A DNA stretch of 64,000 bases from Candidatus Bathyarchaeota archaeon (GTDB taxonomy: Archaea; Thermoproteota; Bathyarchaeia; 40CM-2-53-6), in NCBI GenBank assembly GCA_005888755.1, contig VBBQ01000026.1:20434-84433 (forward strand), given 5' to 3'. This document shows positions 9,528 to 19,889 of the stretch, one piece after another (the first letter of the stretch is position 1; each line of letters opens with the position of its first letter). The notes beneath the pieces were generated by a model that had not been told where the DNA came from, ran no database searches, and was given only the letters and a program-made list of their open reading frames with translations. A program made the position numbers and the translations under genes.

Positions 9528-10541
9528 TTGAAGCCTTTGAATGTGAAACGCATGAAAGCAATTGTCTGCACGAGATACGGGCCTCCTGACGTTCTTCAGC
9601 TAGAAGAGATAGAGAAACCCTCTCCCGAGGACAATGAGGTGCTGATTAGAGTCCATGCGACAACGGTAACAGCGGGGGATTGTGGCTTGCGGAGTCTCAA
9701 GTTCCCCTTGTTGTCTCAGCCCCTTGTCCGAATAGGATTTGGTTTCAGGGGACCGAGAAAGAAGATACTAGGGCAGGAGGTGGCCGGGGAAATTGAATCG
9801 GTAGGAAATGCTGTAAGACTGTTGAAGAAAGGTGACCAGGTTTTTGCCTGGACCGGCTTCCATCTAGGTGGTTATGCCGAGTACACGTGCCTGCGTGAAG
9901 GAGGAGTGTTGGCGATCAAACCGGTCAATATGAGCTATGATGAAGCCGCGACCCTTGGCGTCGGGGGACTTGAGGCCTGGCGTTTGCTGAGAAAAGGAAA
10001 CGTCCAGAGTGGAGAAAGGGTCTTGATCAATGGTGCAGGTGGAGGCATCGGCACGTTCGCCGTACAGATTGCCAAGTACTATGGAGGGGAAGTGACTGGG
10101 GTGGACAGCGCCGGGAAACTGGACATGCTACGGTCGATTGGCGCAGACCACGTTATAGATTACACGCAAGCGGACTTTACGAGGAATGGGGAGACCTATG
10201 ATGTGATTTTTGACGTGATCGGCAAGAGTTCGTTTTCACGTAGCATAAGATCGCTGAGAGAAAATGGACGTTACCTCTTGGGAAACCCCAGATTGTCGCA
10301 CATGGTTCGGGGGGGATGGGTTTCGCGGAGAACAAGCAAGAAGGTGATCTTTGGAGGGACAGGCCACCGGGAAGATCTTGTGATGCTCAAAGAGCTTGTT
10401 GAGGCGGGCAAGATAAAGTCCGTTATCGATAGACGCTACCCGTTGGAACAAACGGCCGAGGCTCACAGGTATGTCGACACGGGACAGAAAATTGGAAATG
10501 TAGTCATCACTATGGAACATGATGCGGGAGTGGGTGATTGA
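9528..10541 (+). CDS. MDR-superfamily NAD(P)-dependent oxidoreductase (quinone oxidoreductase-like)
   Basis: YGPPDVL, GQEVAG, NGAGGGIGTFAVQIAK, IDRRYPLEQTAEAHRY. Confidence 0.92.
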   Translation: MKPLNVKRMKAIVCTRYGPPDVLQLEEIEKPSPEDNEVLIRVHATTVTAGDCGLRSLKFPLLSQPLVRIGFGFRGPRKKILGQEVAGEIESVGNAVRLLKKGDQVFAWTGFHLGGYAEYTCLREGGVLAIKPVNMSYDEAATLGVGGLEAWRLLRKGNVQSGERVLINGAGGGIGTFAVQIAKYYGGEVTGVDSAGKLDMLRSIGADHVIDYTQADFTRNGETYDVIFDVIGKSSFSRSIRSLRENGRYLLGNPRLSHMVRGGWVSRRTSKKVIFGGTGHREDLVMLKELVEAGKIKSVIDRRYPLEQTAEAHRYVDTGQKIGNVVITMEHDAGVGD

Positions 10542-10544
10542 ATT

Positions 10545-10913
10545 ATGGAAGATGTAAGAATAATCCTTTCAGCATCATGGGTGGCTCTAATGCTAGCCTA
10601 TCTTTTGGGGGACGTTCTGCGAATTTACAGCGGCGACTCTGCAGCAGGAAAAATCGGGGGGATTGAAATAACAGGGAATCAGTGGTTGGGAGTTGCAATA
10701 CTAATGGTGACTCCGATTATTATGATGTTCCTTTCCCTGACGCTGAACTATCCTGTGACTCGCTGGGCAAACATCATCGTAGCCATTGTCTTTTTTGGTT
10801 TCAATCTCATTGGATTGCCGGGATACCCTTCCGCTTATGACCGATTCTTGATAATTGTAGGGCTCGGGTTTAATGTGCTGACTGTCTGGTATGCATGGCA
10901 GTGGACAGGTTAG
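10545..10913 (+). CDS. Small 4-TM membrane protein (DUF6326-like)
   Basis: ILSASWVALMLAYLLGDVL pattern; 3 bp after the MDR gene. Confidence 0.7.
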   Translation: MEDVRIILSASWVALMLAYLLGDVLRIYSGDSAAGKIGGIEITGNQWLGVAILMVTPIIMMFLSLTLNYPVTRWANIIVAIVFFGFNLIGLPGYPSAYDRFLIIVGLGFNVLTVWYAWQWTG

Positions 10914-11001
10914 CACTCGCCATGTCGATATCAGCACGTATTCGCGATACGTATTGACGACCCGCTAGCCCTTTTAGCGAAAACCTGATCATATCGTATC
11001 T

Positions 11002-11607
11002 ATGACAGCTTCAACGGAAGAATCTGGACAACGCGCTGACCAGAAGCTGGATGATATCGTACGAGACGCAGATGACTACTACAACAATCTGCGTCGGAAA
11101 CATGTCAGCGACACCCGGTTAGATGTCGCGGTGGTAAGCCTCGTCGTCTGGTTTGCCTCCTTCGCTGTGCTTGGACTCACTTCGATTCTCATATTCGGAT
11201 ATGTGATCAGCTCCATAGTTCTCCCCTTTCTCGTAGCGATCGTGGTTGGTGCAGGGGCCGGGCTTGCCACGTACGTGATCAGACAGAGAAGGGGATTCAA
11301 GTTCGCAGAGCTCGGTGCCCTCTTGAATAAGATGAAACAGGGAGGAGTCTCGTCCGAAGACGGGCTCCACCTCATGGACGCGATGCACCAAGCCCGGCTT
11401 GTTGCCAGGAAGAGGAAGATGGATTCAGCGTTCGAGTACGGGGTGTTAGCCTTCGCCCTTGTCGCCCTGACTGGCCAAAGCGCCGCGATTGGAGCGTTGG
11501 CCGGGGTTATCGTGTATCTCTACTTCCGGTTCGAGGCGCTCAGAGAGTACGAGAGGGAAGAGGGGAGATACGAGGATTCGAAGAAAGATCTTCTCCACAG
11601 CCTGTGA
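11002..11607 (+). CDS. Hypothetical membrane protein
   Basis: 201 aa with about 4 hydrophobic segments. Confidence 0.75.
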   Translation: MTASTEESGQRADQKLDDIVRDADDYYNNLRRKHVSDTRLDVAVVSLVVWFASFAVLGLTSILIFGYVISSIVLPFLVAIVVGAGAGLATYVIRQRRGFKFAELGALLNKMKQGGVSSEDGLHLMDAMHQARLVARKRKMDSAFEYGVLAFALVALTGQSAAIGALAGVIVYLYFRFEALREYEREEGRYEDSKKDLLHSL

Positions 11608-11613
11608 CCGGGT

Positions 11614-11883
11614 TTGGAGCGCCCTGACCTCTACGTTCTCGCCCGTTTCCTTGACACGTTGTATCAGAATGGTAGAAGGATGAAAAAGACGAATTTGCAG
11701 ATGAGGGTAGGCCTCAACTATCCAAGGTTCATAGAGTACCTTGAATGGATGATCTCTCACGCGTTCATAGAGCGGGAAACAGACGAGGGCGCGGAACTGT
11801 ACTCGCTCTCCCCGCAGGGCATTGACGCGCAACGGCGCCTCGTTGCATGGATAAGGGAGACCATGAAGGGGATGCGAATCTGA
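11614..11883 (+). CDS. Winged-helix HTH transcriptional regulator
   Basis: MKKTNLQMRVGLNYPRFIEYLEWM...YSLSPQG, archaeal wHTH pattern. Confidence 0.8.
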   Translation: MERPDLYVLARFLDTLYQNGRRMKKTNLQMRVGLNYPRFIEYLEWMISHAFIERETDEGAELYSLSPQGIDAQRRLVAWIRETMKGMRI

Positions 11884-12054
11884 CCGGACGATAACAAGCA
11901 CCATATCGGAGAGAAAATCTCTGAACGATTAATCGCCTGGGCACAGCGACGGAGTCTTGCTTCCTTCCTTTCTTCAGAAAGGGATAGGGTGAGTCTGAGA
12001 TTTCGTTCGGGCAAATCAAAGGTTATTTGCAGCCAGGCGAGTGATAGAACCGCA

Positions 12055-12542
12055 TTGGTAGACATTTCCGACCCAATCGTCTGGAGCACTGTTGTTCAGA
12101 CAATCGTTCTCACACTGACCCTTGTTATCTTCATCTTTACCTTTCGCAGCCAGAACCAGGCGATCAAGGAACAGGCCTACGGGAAGGTAATGGACGATTA
12201 CGGTAGTGCTATGAGGATGCTAGTGGAGACGCCTGAACTCTATGCATTCCAGCAAGATCTCTTTAATGCGAGCTAGGGAGACTTGGGAGGGAACAAAAGC
12301 CCTACACGCGCGAAGAAATGGTCATCCGCAACTATGTCATCATGCTGTACGGATTCTTTGAAAGAGTCTACTTCCTCTACAGGCGGAAATGGATTGATGA
12401 GGAGACTTGGAAGCAGTGGGCGGCGTTTCTCGAGCTCTTTTCCCTACACCCGGTTTTCAAGGAGGTTCATCAGTCCTCTGGAGAAATGTGGGACAAGCCC
12501 TTCGTGGACTACGTCGCCAGCCTTCTGAATCGCAAGACCTGA
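12055..12542 (+). pseudogene. Single-TM hypothetical protein, frameshifted near 12265
   Basis: N part ...YAFQQDLFN continues in another frame as ELGRLGREQKPYTREEMVIRNYVIMLYGFFERVYFLYRRKWIDEETW. Confidence 0.6.
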
Positions 12543-12571
12543 TCCGGATTCAGGCGCCAAGTGAGGAATGT

Positions 12572-13393
12572 TTGCAAGAAATAATTGATGCCCACACTCA
12601 CCTGTCAGAACGCGGGGACGACGGCCTCAATCGCCTCGCGCGACAGAACGGGCTGAGATACACACTAGACGAGCTACTGGACACGATGCGAAGGCACGAG
12701 ATCGTGCGCGCGTTGCTCCTCAGCCCGCCCCTCCAAGGAGGCGGACCACTTCCAAATGACGAAGTAATCAGGTTGTGCAGGAAGAGCGAGGGAATGCTCG
12801 CACCAGTTATTACGGTAGAGCCCACCGCCAAAGAAGTGAAGGCTGCCATCAAACTAGCCGAGGAAGACAGGAAAGAGGTGAAGGCCTTCAAGGTGAGGCT
12901 GGGTTACGTGAAGACAGGGGCCGAAAGCCCGGTCTTCGACAGGCTCTACGACTATGCCGAGTCAGAGGCTCTCCCGGTGATGTTCCACACCGGGGACACA
13001 GCATTCAGCACCGGGGAACTCGCCCGCTCGCACCCGCTGACTCTGGATGGATTGGCTAACAAGAGGGAGGAGCTGATCATAATCCTCTGCCACTTCGGTA
13101 ATCCATGGTTTGAGGATGTCGCCGAGCTCATCTACAAGCACCCGAATGTCTACGCGGACATATCCGGACTCATCATAGGTGGTGCATACGCCGAGAAGTA
13201 TGCCGAGTGGCTTGCCAAGAAGATCAGCGAAGCCATCTACTTTGCAGCCGGGGCGCAAAAGGTCATCTTTGGAACCGACTATCCGGTCACGAAACATTCC
13301 GAAACACTAAATCTGGTGAGGAGGCTGGATGTGGATGAGAGTGACAAGGAGAAAATACTCCGGCATAACGCGGAGCGGGTCTTCAGACTATGA
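12572..13393 (+). CDS. Amidohydrolase (Amidohydro_2) family metallohydrolase
   Basis: IIDAHTH, VMFHTG, ILCHFG, VYADISG, FGTDYP; likely TTG start at 12572. Confidence 0.9.
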   Translation: MQEIIDAHTHLSERGDDGLNRLARQNGLRYTLDELLDTMRRHEIVRALLLSPPLQGGGPLPNDEVIRLCRKSEGMLAPVITVEPTAKEVKAAIKLAEEDRKEVKAFKVRLGYVKTGAESPVFDRLYDYAESEALPVMFHTGDTAFSTGELARSHPLTLDGLANKREELIIILCHFGNPWFEDVAELIYKHPNVYADISGLIIGGAYAEKYAEWLAKKISEAIYFAAGAQKVIFGTDYPVTKHSETLNLVRRLDVDESDKEKILRHNAERVFRL

Positions 13394-13884
13394 CCGCCCA
13401 GGAGGATGTCACGATCGTCGACGTCCCCGTCAGGAAGAGGGAGGGTCTGAAGTGGATACTTGAGGAGAGCTTCGAAGGATGGTACTTGATGTACTCGAAG
13501 AGAACTCTTCGAGACATAGAGCTGGTCAGAGCGGCCATGGAATCCGGCAAACCGGTTGGGTTGGTGATGACCAAAACGCTAGAGAACGGAAGCGTCGGCT
13601 ACGTGTACTACATAGCCGTGGCAAGGGCCAACAGAAAGAGAGGGATCGGAAAACTGCTCTTGGAAGACGCTCTTCGACACTTCAAGGCCTTGAGTGTGGA
13701 AGAAGTGTTCGCTAGCGTGGAAGAAGACAACAAACCTTCGGAAGCACTCTTCGCGTCAGAAGGATTCACACGAACGAGCTTCGGCAAAGTCTCCAAGAGA
13801 CACGGGAATCTCCACACACTCAACATGTACAGGGAAATGCTCGTCGTTCCAGGCGAGGTCCTGCTACGCAAAGCGATCGCCTGA
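13390..13884 (+). CDS. GNAT acetyltransferase
   Basis: YIAVARANRKRGIGKLL acetyl-CoA motif; N...ALFASEGF. Confidence 0.88.
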   Translation: MTAQEDVTIVDVPVRKREGLKWILEESFEGWYLMYSKRTLRDIELVRAAMESGKPVGLVMTKTLENGSVGYVYYIAVARANRKRGIGKLLLEDALRHFKALSVEEVFASVEEDNKPSEALFASEGFTRTSFGKVSKRHGNLHTLNMYREMLVVPGEVLLRKAIA

Positions 13885-13959
13885 GAGCTGCCATGGCTCA
13901 AGATTGAGATCAGCTCTAAGCATGAGAGGGAAGGACCTACACGCCGGAACATCAACTGC

Positions 13960-14721
13960 CTAGTGCGTTGGCCAGCCTTTCGTCAGGTTGACTTCGAGTA
14001 GCAGCAGCTCGGCGTCTCCCTCAGCCATGGTCGTTATGTTCCCTTGTCCTCGCACTTCTGCCGCGTTGAATTCTGGTAGTAGCTGGTCGCCGACACGGAC
14101 GGGTCCACCTTCTAGAACGTAGAAGTATAATCCATGACCGTCTCTCAACTCATAATCGATCTCGTGTCCGGGCTGGAGGAATGAGGCGAGGACTGCGCCG
14201 TCGGCCCGGAGCGGGAGAGTATCCCGATAATTCTTGGAGACTAGCGGGAGCCAGACGTTGGTCCGGTCGGCGCGATCTACCTCCATTTGCTCCACCGACG
14301 GTGTCATGTTGAGCCGCTCGGGCATGTACCATATCTGGATGAACCGCATCGGAACGTCCTTCCGGTTGTTTATCTCCGAATGATACATTCCACGGCCCAC
14401 TGTCGTGTGCTGTACTCCCCCCTTGTGGAGAACGCCACCCTTACCACGCTCGTCTTCATGACGAAACTCGCCCTCAGCGACATACGTCACAACCTCATTC
14501 TGAGTATGAGGGTGAAGAGGCCACACAGCCCCGGGACTTAGTGTATCATCGTTCAGTACGCGTAGGTTTCCGAAATTATTGTACCGAGGGCTACTGTACA
14601 TGTCGAAGGAAAAATGCCACCGCCCACGAAAAGTCCCATCCTGAATCCTACCTGACGCCTGATAAAGAGTGTTAGCAGGACGGAGTGTTATTTTGACGTC
14701 TTCTGTTTTCTGTGACGACAA
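13960..14721 (-). CDS. Pirin family protein
   Basis: HFSF, LRVLNDD, HPHTQNEVVTYV, GRGMYHSEIN, FIQIW. Confidence 0.92.
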   Translation of the reverse strand: MSSQKTEDVKITLRPANTLYQASGRIQDGTFRGRWHFSFDMYSSPRYNNFGNLRVLNDDTLSPGAVWPLHPHTQNEVVTYVAEGEFRHEDERGKGGVLHKGGVQHTTVGRGMYHSEINNRKDVPMRFIQIWYMPERLNMTPSVEQMEVDRADRTNVWLPLVSKNYRDTLPLRADGAVLASFLQPGHEIDYELRDGHGLYFYVLEGGPVRVGDQLLPEFNAAEVRGQGNITTMAEGDAELLLLEVNLTKGWPTH

Positions 14722-14746
14722 GAGGGTGCGGAGTGCCGCGGCCCAA

Positions 14747-14770
14747 GCCGATATTTAGGATTTCTACAGA
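14747..14770 (+). repeat. 24-bp direct repeat, copy 1
   Basis: GCCGATATTTAGGATTTCTACAGA versus 15927-15950 GCCGATATTTAGTATTTCTACCGA (22/24). Confidence 0.8.
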
Positions 14771-14943
14771 CTACGCTAGAAACTGGAAGGAGCAGATCGC
14801 TCCATTCGCCAGAAAACTGGCGCGGCCGAGAAAAGATACATTACTTGATTATTCGCGCCATTCAAATAGACTATTGGAAACTCTGAATCTCATTCCCTTC
14901 TTATATATTCGCGAGATGGCGTGTCATATCAAGATGAAATGGC

Positions 14944-15831
14944 ATGACATCGCAGCCGGAGCAGGGAATCAAACGCGAGCTGAGCCTCGGCGAGGTTCTC
15001 TCGAAGACCTTTGAACTGTACCGACGGGACTTCACGAAGTATTTCGTTCTCTTCGCGGTCGTGGGCGTAATCATCGGGGTCTTCACGACTCTAGCGCGGC
15101 AGGCAATCGTCATCCCGACTCTCCCCGCCAACCCGACGCCTCAGCAAGTCTCTAACTGGTTCCCCAGTTTCTTTGGAGCCCTAGTCCTGTTCGTCGCCGT
15201 GATCTTTATCGTATCAGTAGTGTTCTCGCCTATTGCCCAGGCGACCGCAATCAAGCTCGCCTCTGAACAGATCGAGAAGGGACACGCTGAGATCGGGACA
15301 TCAGTCAGACTAGCTGTCTCAAGACTCCCCTGGATCTGGGCGCTAAGCATCGTGGTCGGCGTCATCGTCATCTTGGGGCTTATCGCTCTAATTGTCCCGG
15401 GAATGATACTGGCGATAATGTTCTCTCTCGCGTTTCCCGTTCTCCTAATCGAGAACAAGGGAGTGCTCGAGAGCATGGGAAGGAGCCGTGAGCTTGTCAG
15501 TCACAGGTGGCTCAAGACGTTCGCAACATTCCTTGTCCTAGGAATTGTCATCATAGTAGCTTCCGCCATTGTAAGTGCGATTAGCGGGCCGCTAGGCGTC
15601 GCAGGCCTTGTGGTCAGCGGTCTTCTTTCCGCATTCTACCAACCATTAACCCCGATACTACTGACCGTCTACTACTACTCTAACCTCGCCAGAATAACCC
15701 CGCCCCCCACAAGCCAAGTGCCGACGTCAGCGCTCACGACGGCTCAAGCCGGAATGAAATTCTGCCCCACCTGCGGCACACAGGTCTCCTCGGCCACCAT
15801 CTGCTTCCAATGTGGAGCAAGGCTCAACTAA
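14944..15831 (+). CDS. Membrane protein with C-terminal zinc ribbon
   Basis: Multiple TM segments; C-terminal FCPTCG...CFQCG. Confidence 0.85.
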   Translation: MTSQPEQGIKRELSLGEVLSKTFELYRRDFTKYFVLFAVVGVIIGVFTTLARQAIVIPTLPANPTPQQVSNWFPSFFGALVLFVAVIFIVSVVFSPIAQATAIKLASEQIEKGHAEIGTSVRLAVSRLPWIWALSIVVGVIVILGLIALIVPGMILAIMFSLAFPVLLIENKGVLESMGRSRELVSHRWLKTFATFLVLGIVIIVASAIVSAISGPLGVAGLVVSGLLSAFYQPLTPILLTVYYYSNLARITPPPTSQVPTSALTTAQAGMKFCPTCGTQVSSATICFQCGARLN

Positions 15832-15846
15832 CGACAGTGATGTCTA

Positions 15847-15871
15847 CTGGGCCCTGGGTTTTGGGGCCCAG
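15847..15871. terminator. Perfect 8-bp hairpin after 14944-15831
   Basis: CTGGGCCC-N9-GGGCCCAG. Confidence 0.5.
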
Positions 15872-15926
15872 CCATAGTCATACAGTAGAATCGGCGTCGC
15901 AAGGTCTATGTTGAAGGCGAACCTAG

Positions 15927-15950
15927 GCCGATATTTAGTATTTCTACCGA
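15927..15950 (+). repeat. 24-bp direct repeat, copy 2
   Basis: Matches 14747-14770 at 22/24. Confidence 0.8.
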
Positions 15951-15984
15951 GTTAACCTAAAAACGGGAGTGTCATGGTTTTGGT

Positions 15985-16263
15985 GTGAAACCGAGGAACT
16001 TCTCCATCCTCTATATGCTGATTCCAGTACTCTCAGTATTGATCACGTGGGCCGGAGGTTTCTGGGCTCTCGCCGGAAATGGCCCTGCGGAATACGGCTT
16101 TCCACTTCCCTGGAAGACCGTAGAACTTGTCCCTACATGTTTTAGTTGTCCGCAACCTACGAGCTACAACTGGAGCTTCTTCATCCTCGACGCAGCTTTC
16201 TACGCAGCCATCGGATACGGAATCGTCCTGTTCTACGCGTGGCTTTGTTCTCGTCCAGCTTAG
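15985..16263 (+). CDS. Small 2-TM protein with CxxC loop
   Basis: TM-YGFPLPW...CFSC-TM. Confidence 0.65.
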   Translation: MKPRNFSILYMLIPVLSVLITWAGGFWALAGNGPAEYGFPLPWKTVELVPTCFSCPQPTSYNWSFFILDAAFYAAIGYGIVLFYAWLCSRPA

Positions 16264-17649
16264 GAAGCCTCGCTGTCCACTTGATGCGAGGTTTTGGGAC
16301 TTTCTGTCTTGGCTCCTGGATTCTTCTTTGCCCAGTTTTTGCTCCTAACAACCGTAATGACGATGAGAGTTGCTGAGATGGCGGCTGGCAGTATGATGGC
16401 TGGAGGAATGAGCCCCGTATTCTGGCCGAAGTACAACAGGGAATAGACTGGACCAGTGTCCCTTGCCAGGGATCGCGGTCCTGGGAGAAGATAGATGGAA
16501 CAGGCTGCCAGAAGAATATTGGCCGCCAGAGGGTCCTGCCGTGACGGCCGCAAGATTCCCGTCAGGTGATAACACGGCTTGGCGAACCACGCCGACAGGT
16601 TTGCCCCATACGGCGTTTCCTTGATTGTTGAGGACGAAGGTTGTTTGCTCCCAGTCCCCCCCGATACCGACCAGAACATAGGACCCATCACTGGTAGCTG
16701 CGAGGCTTGAGACGCCGTACCCGCCACCGGGTGTTGTCCAGTTCCAAAGAGTTTTGCCATTCGAATCGAAGGCGATTACGCTGTATTGAGTCCCAGAGAA
16801 CATCGTAGCATCGTTTGCGGAGAATGTCATGCTAAACGGTGGGCTCTTGAACGGTTGGGTGCGCATCAGGCTCCCGGTCTTGTTGTAGAGGTACAGAGTG
16901 GCGTTGCTGGGACTGACCTCCTCGTCCACCGCCAAATATCGCCCGTCGGGAGACATGGCTATGTTCTGGACGGTCGGGGGGATGATTGACGAGTTCCAGA
17001 GAGATCTGCCCCGGTCGTCGAAAGCGCGGGCGCGGTCATCCACTGTCGCCACATAGGTTCCATCGAGAGACATCACGGTGTGTGATAAGACTCCACCCGG
17101 TGAGAGGTGGGTCCACGTTACCTGTCCAAGATCATTGAGAAACAATATGCCGGAAAGGGTGTCGGCCGCGATCCGCGTGCCGTCGGAGGAGAGGCGGATT
17201 TGGAAGACTGGAATGTTAGCTCCTCCAGAGTTGGGGGATGGTCGAGTAGTGTAGTTCCAGAGCATCGTGCCATCCCTCGCCAGATAGTATATGATCCCGT
17301 TCCCGTAGTACACCAGGGCCGGAGCCTGACCAATTAGCCGGTATCCAGCGGCTGCGATGTATGATCCGTCGGCCGAGATCGCCACAGAACTTATCACTCT
17401 GTAAGTGTCATGGGTCCACAAAAGAGAGCCGGCCCTGTCAAAGAATAGGATTCTACCACTCTGCGGGCCAGTTCCAACACCCGCAACTAGATACGAGCCG
17501 TCCGAGGATATGGCAACGGAATTCGGCGTGCCGTTAGTTGAGTACCGCCAGAGGCCCCATTGCTGCCACAGAGTAAGCACCGGGACCACGAGTAGTATCG
17601 CAACGCACAGTACAACCACGAGCACCCTTCTATCCAGCCGGACCCTCAT
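16260..17649 (-). pseudogene. Membrane-anchored WD40/PQQ-like beta-propeller protein, frameshifted near 16500
   Basis: Repeated SVAISxDGSYxxA blades; C-terminal IYLLPG...PAIILPAAISATLIVITVVRSK TM anchor lies in the other frame (ORF 16260-16760). Confidence 0.75.
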
Positions 17650-17803
17650 GGCACACAGCCGAATACTTCCTCCGACGTGCTCTTTATCATGATGTCGGAT
17701 CTCGGACCTCGTTGGCTGTCTTATCGCTAAGAGAAATAGGGAGTCGATTTCTCAGTGGAAGCGGAATTTTTCACTATATGGACCCAGGCAAGCCGGGATC
17801 TTC

Positions 17804-18253
17804 TTAGGCGGTTATTGTGAACGTGAATATGTTGTTTCGTGTGGTTGTCAGAGCTATGGTGTAGGTGTTCTTAGATTGAAAGGTGAACGTGCTCCCATCG
17901 ATGACTATGGTAATCGCCGCGACCTGGTTTATGCCAATTGATGGTTCCGTCGGATTCATGTTTGTGAACTGATTGGCATTGTATTGGACTTTGTACGAGA
18001 CGAACCCTACGCTCGCCGCTCCACTGTTCCTTATGTTCAAGGTCATATTCGTGGCAGACTTGATCTGTGAGGTCTCAACATTCAATGCCTCCAGCCCTGG
18101 GCAAGGAGTAACAACGCACCCCGGAGCATTGTAGTGATAGCATCCCCCGCACAATGGTGACGGACTACCAGTCGTCTCCCAGTAGAGCACTCCTCCGAGA
18201 ACGAGCCCGCATACTATGACAACGACAAATACAGTCCCAGCGCCAGGGCGCAT
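17804..18253 (-). CDS. Membrane-anchored pilin/archaellin-like beta-sandwich protein (paralog 1)
   Basis: N-terminal TM; LEALN...TNMTLNIRNSG...FTFQSKNTYTIALTTTRNNIFTFT. Confidence 0.7.
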   Translation of the reverse strand: MRPGAGTVFVVVIVCGLVLGGVLYWETTGSPSPLCGGCYHYNAPGCVVTPCPGLEALNVETSQIKSATNMTLNIRNSGAASVGFVSYKVQYNANQFTNMNPTEPSIGINQVAAITIVIDGSTFTFQSKNTYTIALTTTRNNIFTFTITA

Positions 18254-18412
18254 TGAGTATTCTTGGAATGATTAGGCGGGCTGGGAGAAGAACCGACCTG
18301 AACCGATGCGCTCGGAACCAAGGTAACGTGCCAGACACGGGACGTTGTGAACTTTGCTGTTTTCCGTCAGGGAACAATCTGCCCAACTATTGGACGTCAC
18401 TAGGAAAGATGC

Positions 18413-18877
18413 ATGGGAGAAGTCGCAAAGGGCTGGGGACGCTGGTCTACTAATGAAAGGGTTGTTGCAATAATCCTTCTCTCAGTCCCTGCAATATTCC
18501 TGGTTGTGTGGGGCCTCGTACTCTATGAACCGCCTATGGGCCCGGGCTCTGCGGAGCTTTTGGACCCGAGCCTTGCCCCGGAAGGGAAGCCCTCAACTTC
18601 ATCTCGGAAACTGTGAACTCCCCGACGAACATGACAGTCCAGATCGTGAACACGGGGAACCGTCGCGATCTCTCTCATGTCGTACAATGTCAGGAATACG
18701 TACAGTCAGCCCTACGGGAGCTCAAGTCGGTCAGGCCCTAATGTTGCGCCGAATACTTATACAAACATCACTCCAGTAATCGACGGGAACGCGTTCACAT
18801 TCCACTCCGGCTCTTACTACATCATAACTCTGATCTCAACACGAAACAACCAGTTTACCTCCACAATGAAAGCTTAG
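18413..18877 (+). pseudogene. Pilin-like paralog 2 with two frameshifts
   Basis: Reconstructed: TM...PGLCGAFGPEPCPGREALNFISETVNSPTNMTVQIVNTG/VAISLMSYNV...FTFHSGSYYIITLISTRNNQFTST; shifts near 18540 and 18660. Confidence 0.75.
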
Positions 18878-18886
18878 GCGCGCTAC

Positions 18887-19255
18887 ATGCGTCTTGGAAA
18901 CAAGCTGGCACTCGTCCTCGCCTTAGCGGGGACTGTAACCATCATTATTAGTGAGATACTGGCAACATGCGTTTCTGTTGGATTATTAGCGGCGGGGAAT
19001 GCCGGCTCGAACTGCTATACCTGGCAAGGTCCTGTAAACATCGGGATTTGGTTCATGTTAGGCATCTTTCTCTTGGGGTTCAGTGCCATTCTCGGTTTGG
19101 CCTACTGGAATCCTAGGCCTAACTTACCCAAGCCAGGGAGCGCCGTCTCTGACCAGGGGTCCGCAGCAGGGTTTGATGTATTGCCCGAATTCCGAGTTCC
19201 CCTTTGGTTTTTCCTAGAATGGGCGGTGGGAGGTCATCTCCTGGGAACCAGTTGA
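18887..19255 (+). CDS. Small 2-TM protein with Cys pair
   Basis: Two hydrophobic helices flanking a C...C loop. Confidence 0.6.
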   Translation: MRLGNKLALVLALAGTVTIIISEILATCVSVGLLAAGNAGSNCYTWQGPVNIGIWFMLGIFLLGFSAILGLAYWNPRPNLPKPGSAVSDQGSAAGFDVLPEFRVPLWFFLEWAVGGHLLGTS

Positions 19256-19313
19256 CCGGATTCTCAATGCTAGTCATTAAATCCCCTTGCGATTCACCCT
19301 GCTGGCGAGCACT

Positions 19314-19727
19314 ATGAGCGATTGGAACACTGGCGTTATTGCAGAGTTCCGCAAGAACCATGGGAAGGTAGGCGGCCAGTTCGAGGGCGCGCCTTTGTTA
19401 CTTATCAATCACAAGGGAGCCCGCACCGGCAAATCCCGGACAAACCCGGTGATGTATCTAAAGGACGGCCACCGTTACCTGGTCTTCGCTTCGAAGGGAG
19501 GGGCTCCCACCAATCCTGACTGGTATCACAACCTCAAGGCACATCCGGAGGTCAAGATTGAGGTTGGGAACGAGACGATCGACGTACGCGCCGAGGAGAT
19601 TACCGGTCAAGAACGAGACAAGATCTACGCGCGGCAAGCCTCGCTCTACCCCCAGTTCGCACAATACCAAAACAAGACCAAGAGAACCATCCCAATAATA
19701 GCATTCACACCCAAGACCAAACGATAG
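19314..19727 (+). CDS. Deazaflavin (F420)-dependent nitroreductase / Ddn family
   Basis: IAEFRKNHGKVGG, GARTGKSRTNP, ASKGGAPTNPDWYHNL, RTIPII. Confidence 0.92.
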   Translation: MSDWNTGVIAEFRKNHGKVGGQFEGAPLLLINHKGARTGKSRTNPVMYLKDGHRYLVFASKGGAPTNPDWYHNLKAHPEVKIEVGNETIDVRAEEITGQERDKIYARQASLYPQFAQYQNKTKRTIPIIAFTPKTKR

Positions 19728-19889
19728 CGACCTGGGCCCGATAATCCCACGAGCACCCTCAGTTCTCTTTCTTTGTCGCCGTGATTGTGAGTTACTGGGA
19801 ACTAAGCGAAGCGACGTCCACATCTTCTCTATCTCACAACTCAAGCTTTTCTATAAACCGCCATAAACCAGCTCTGCTATAGAGAGTCA

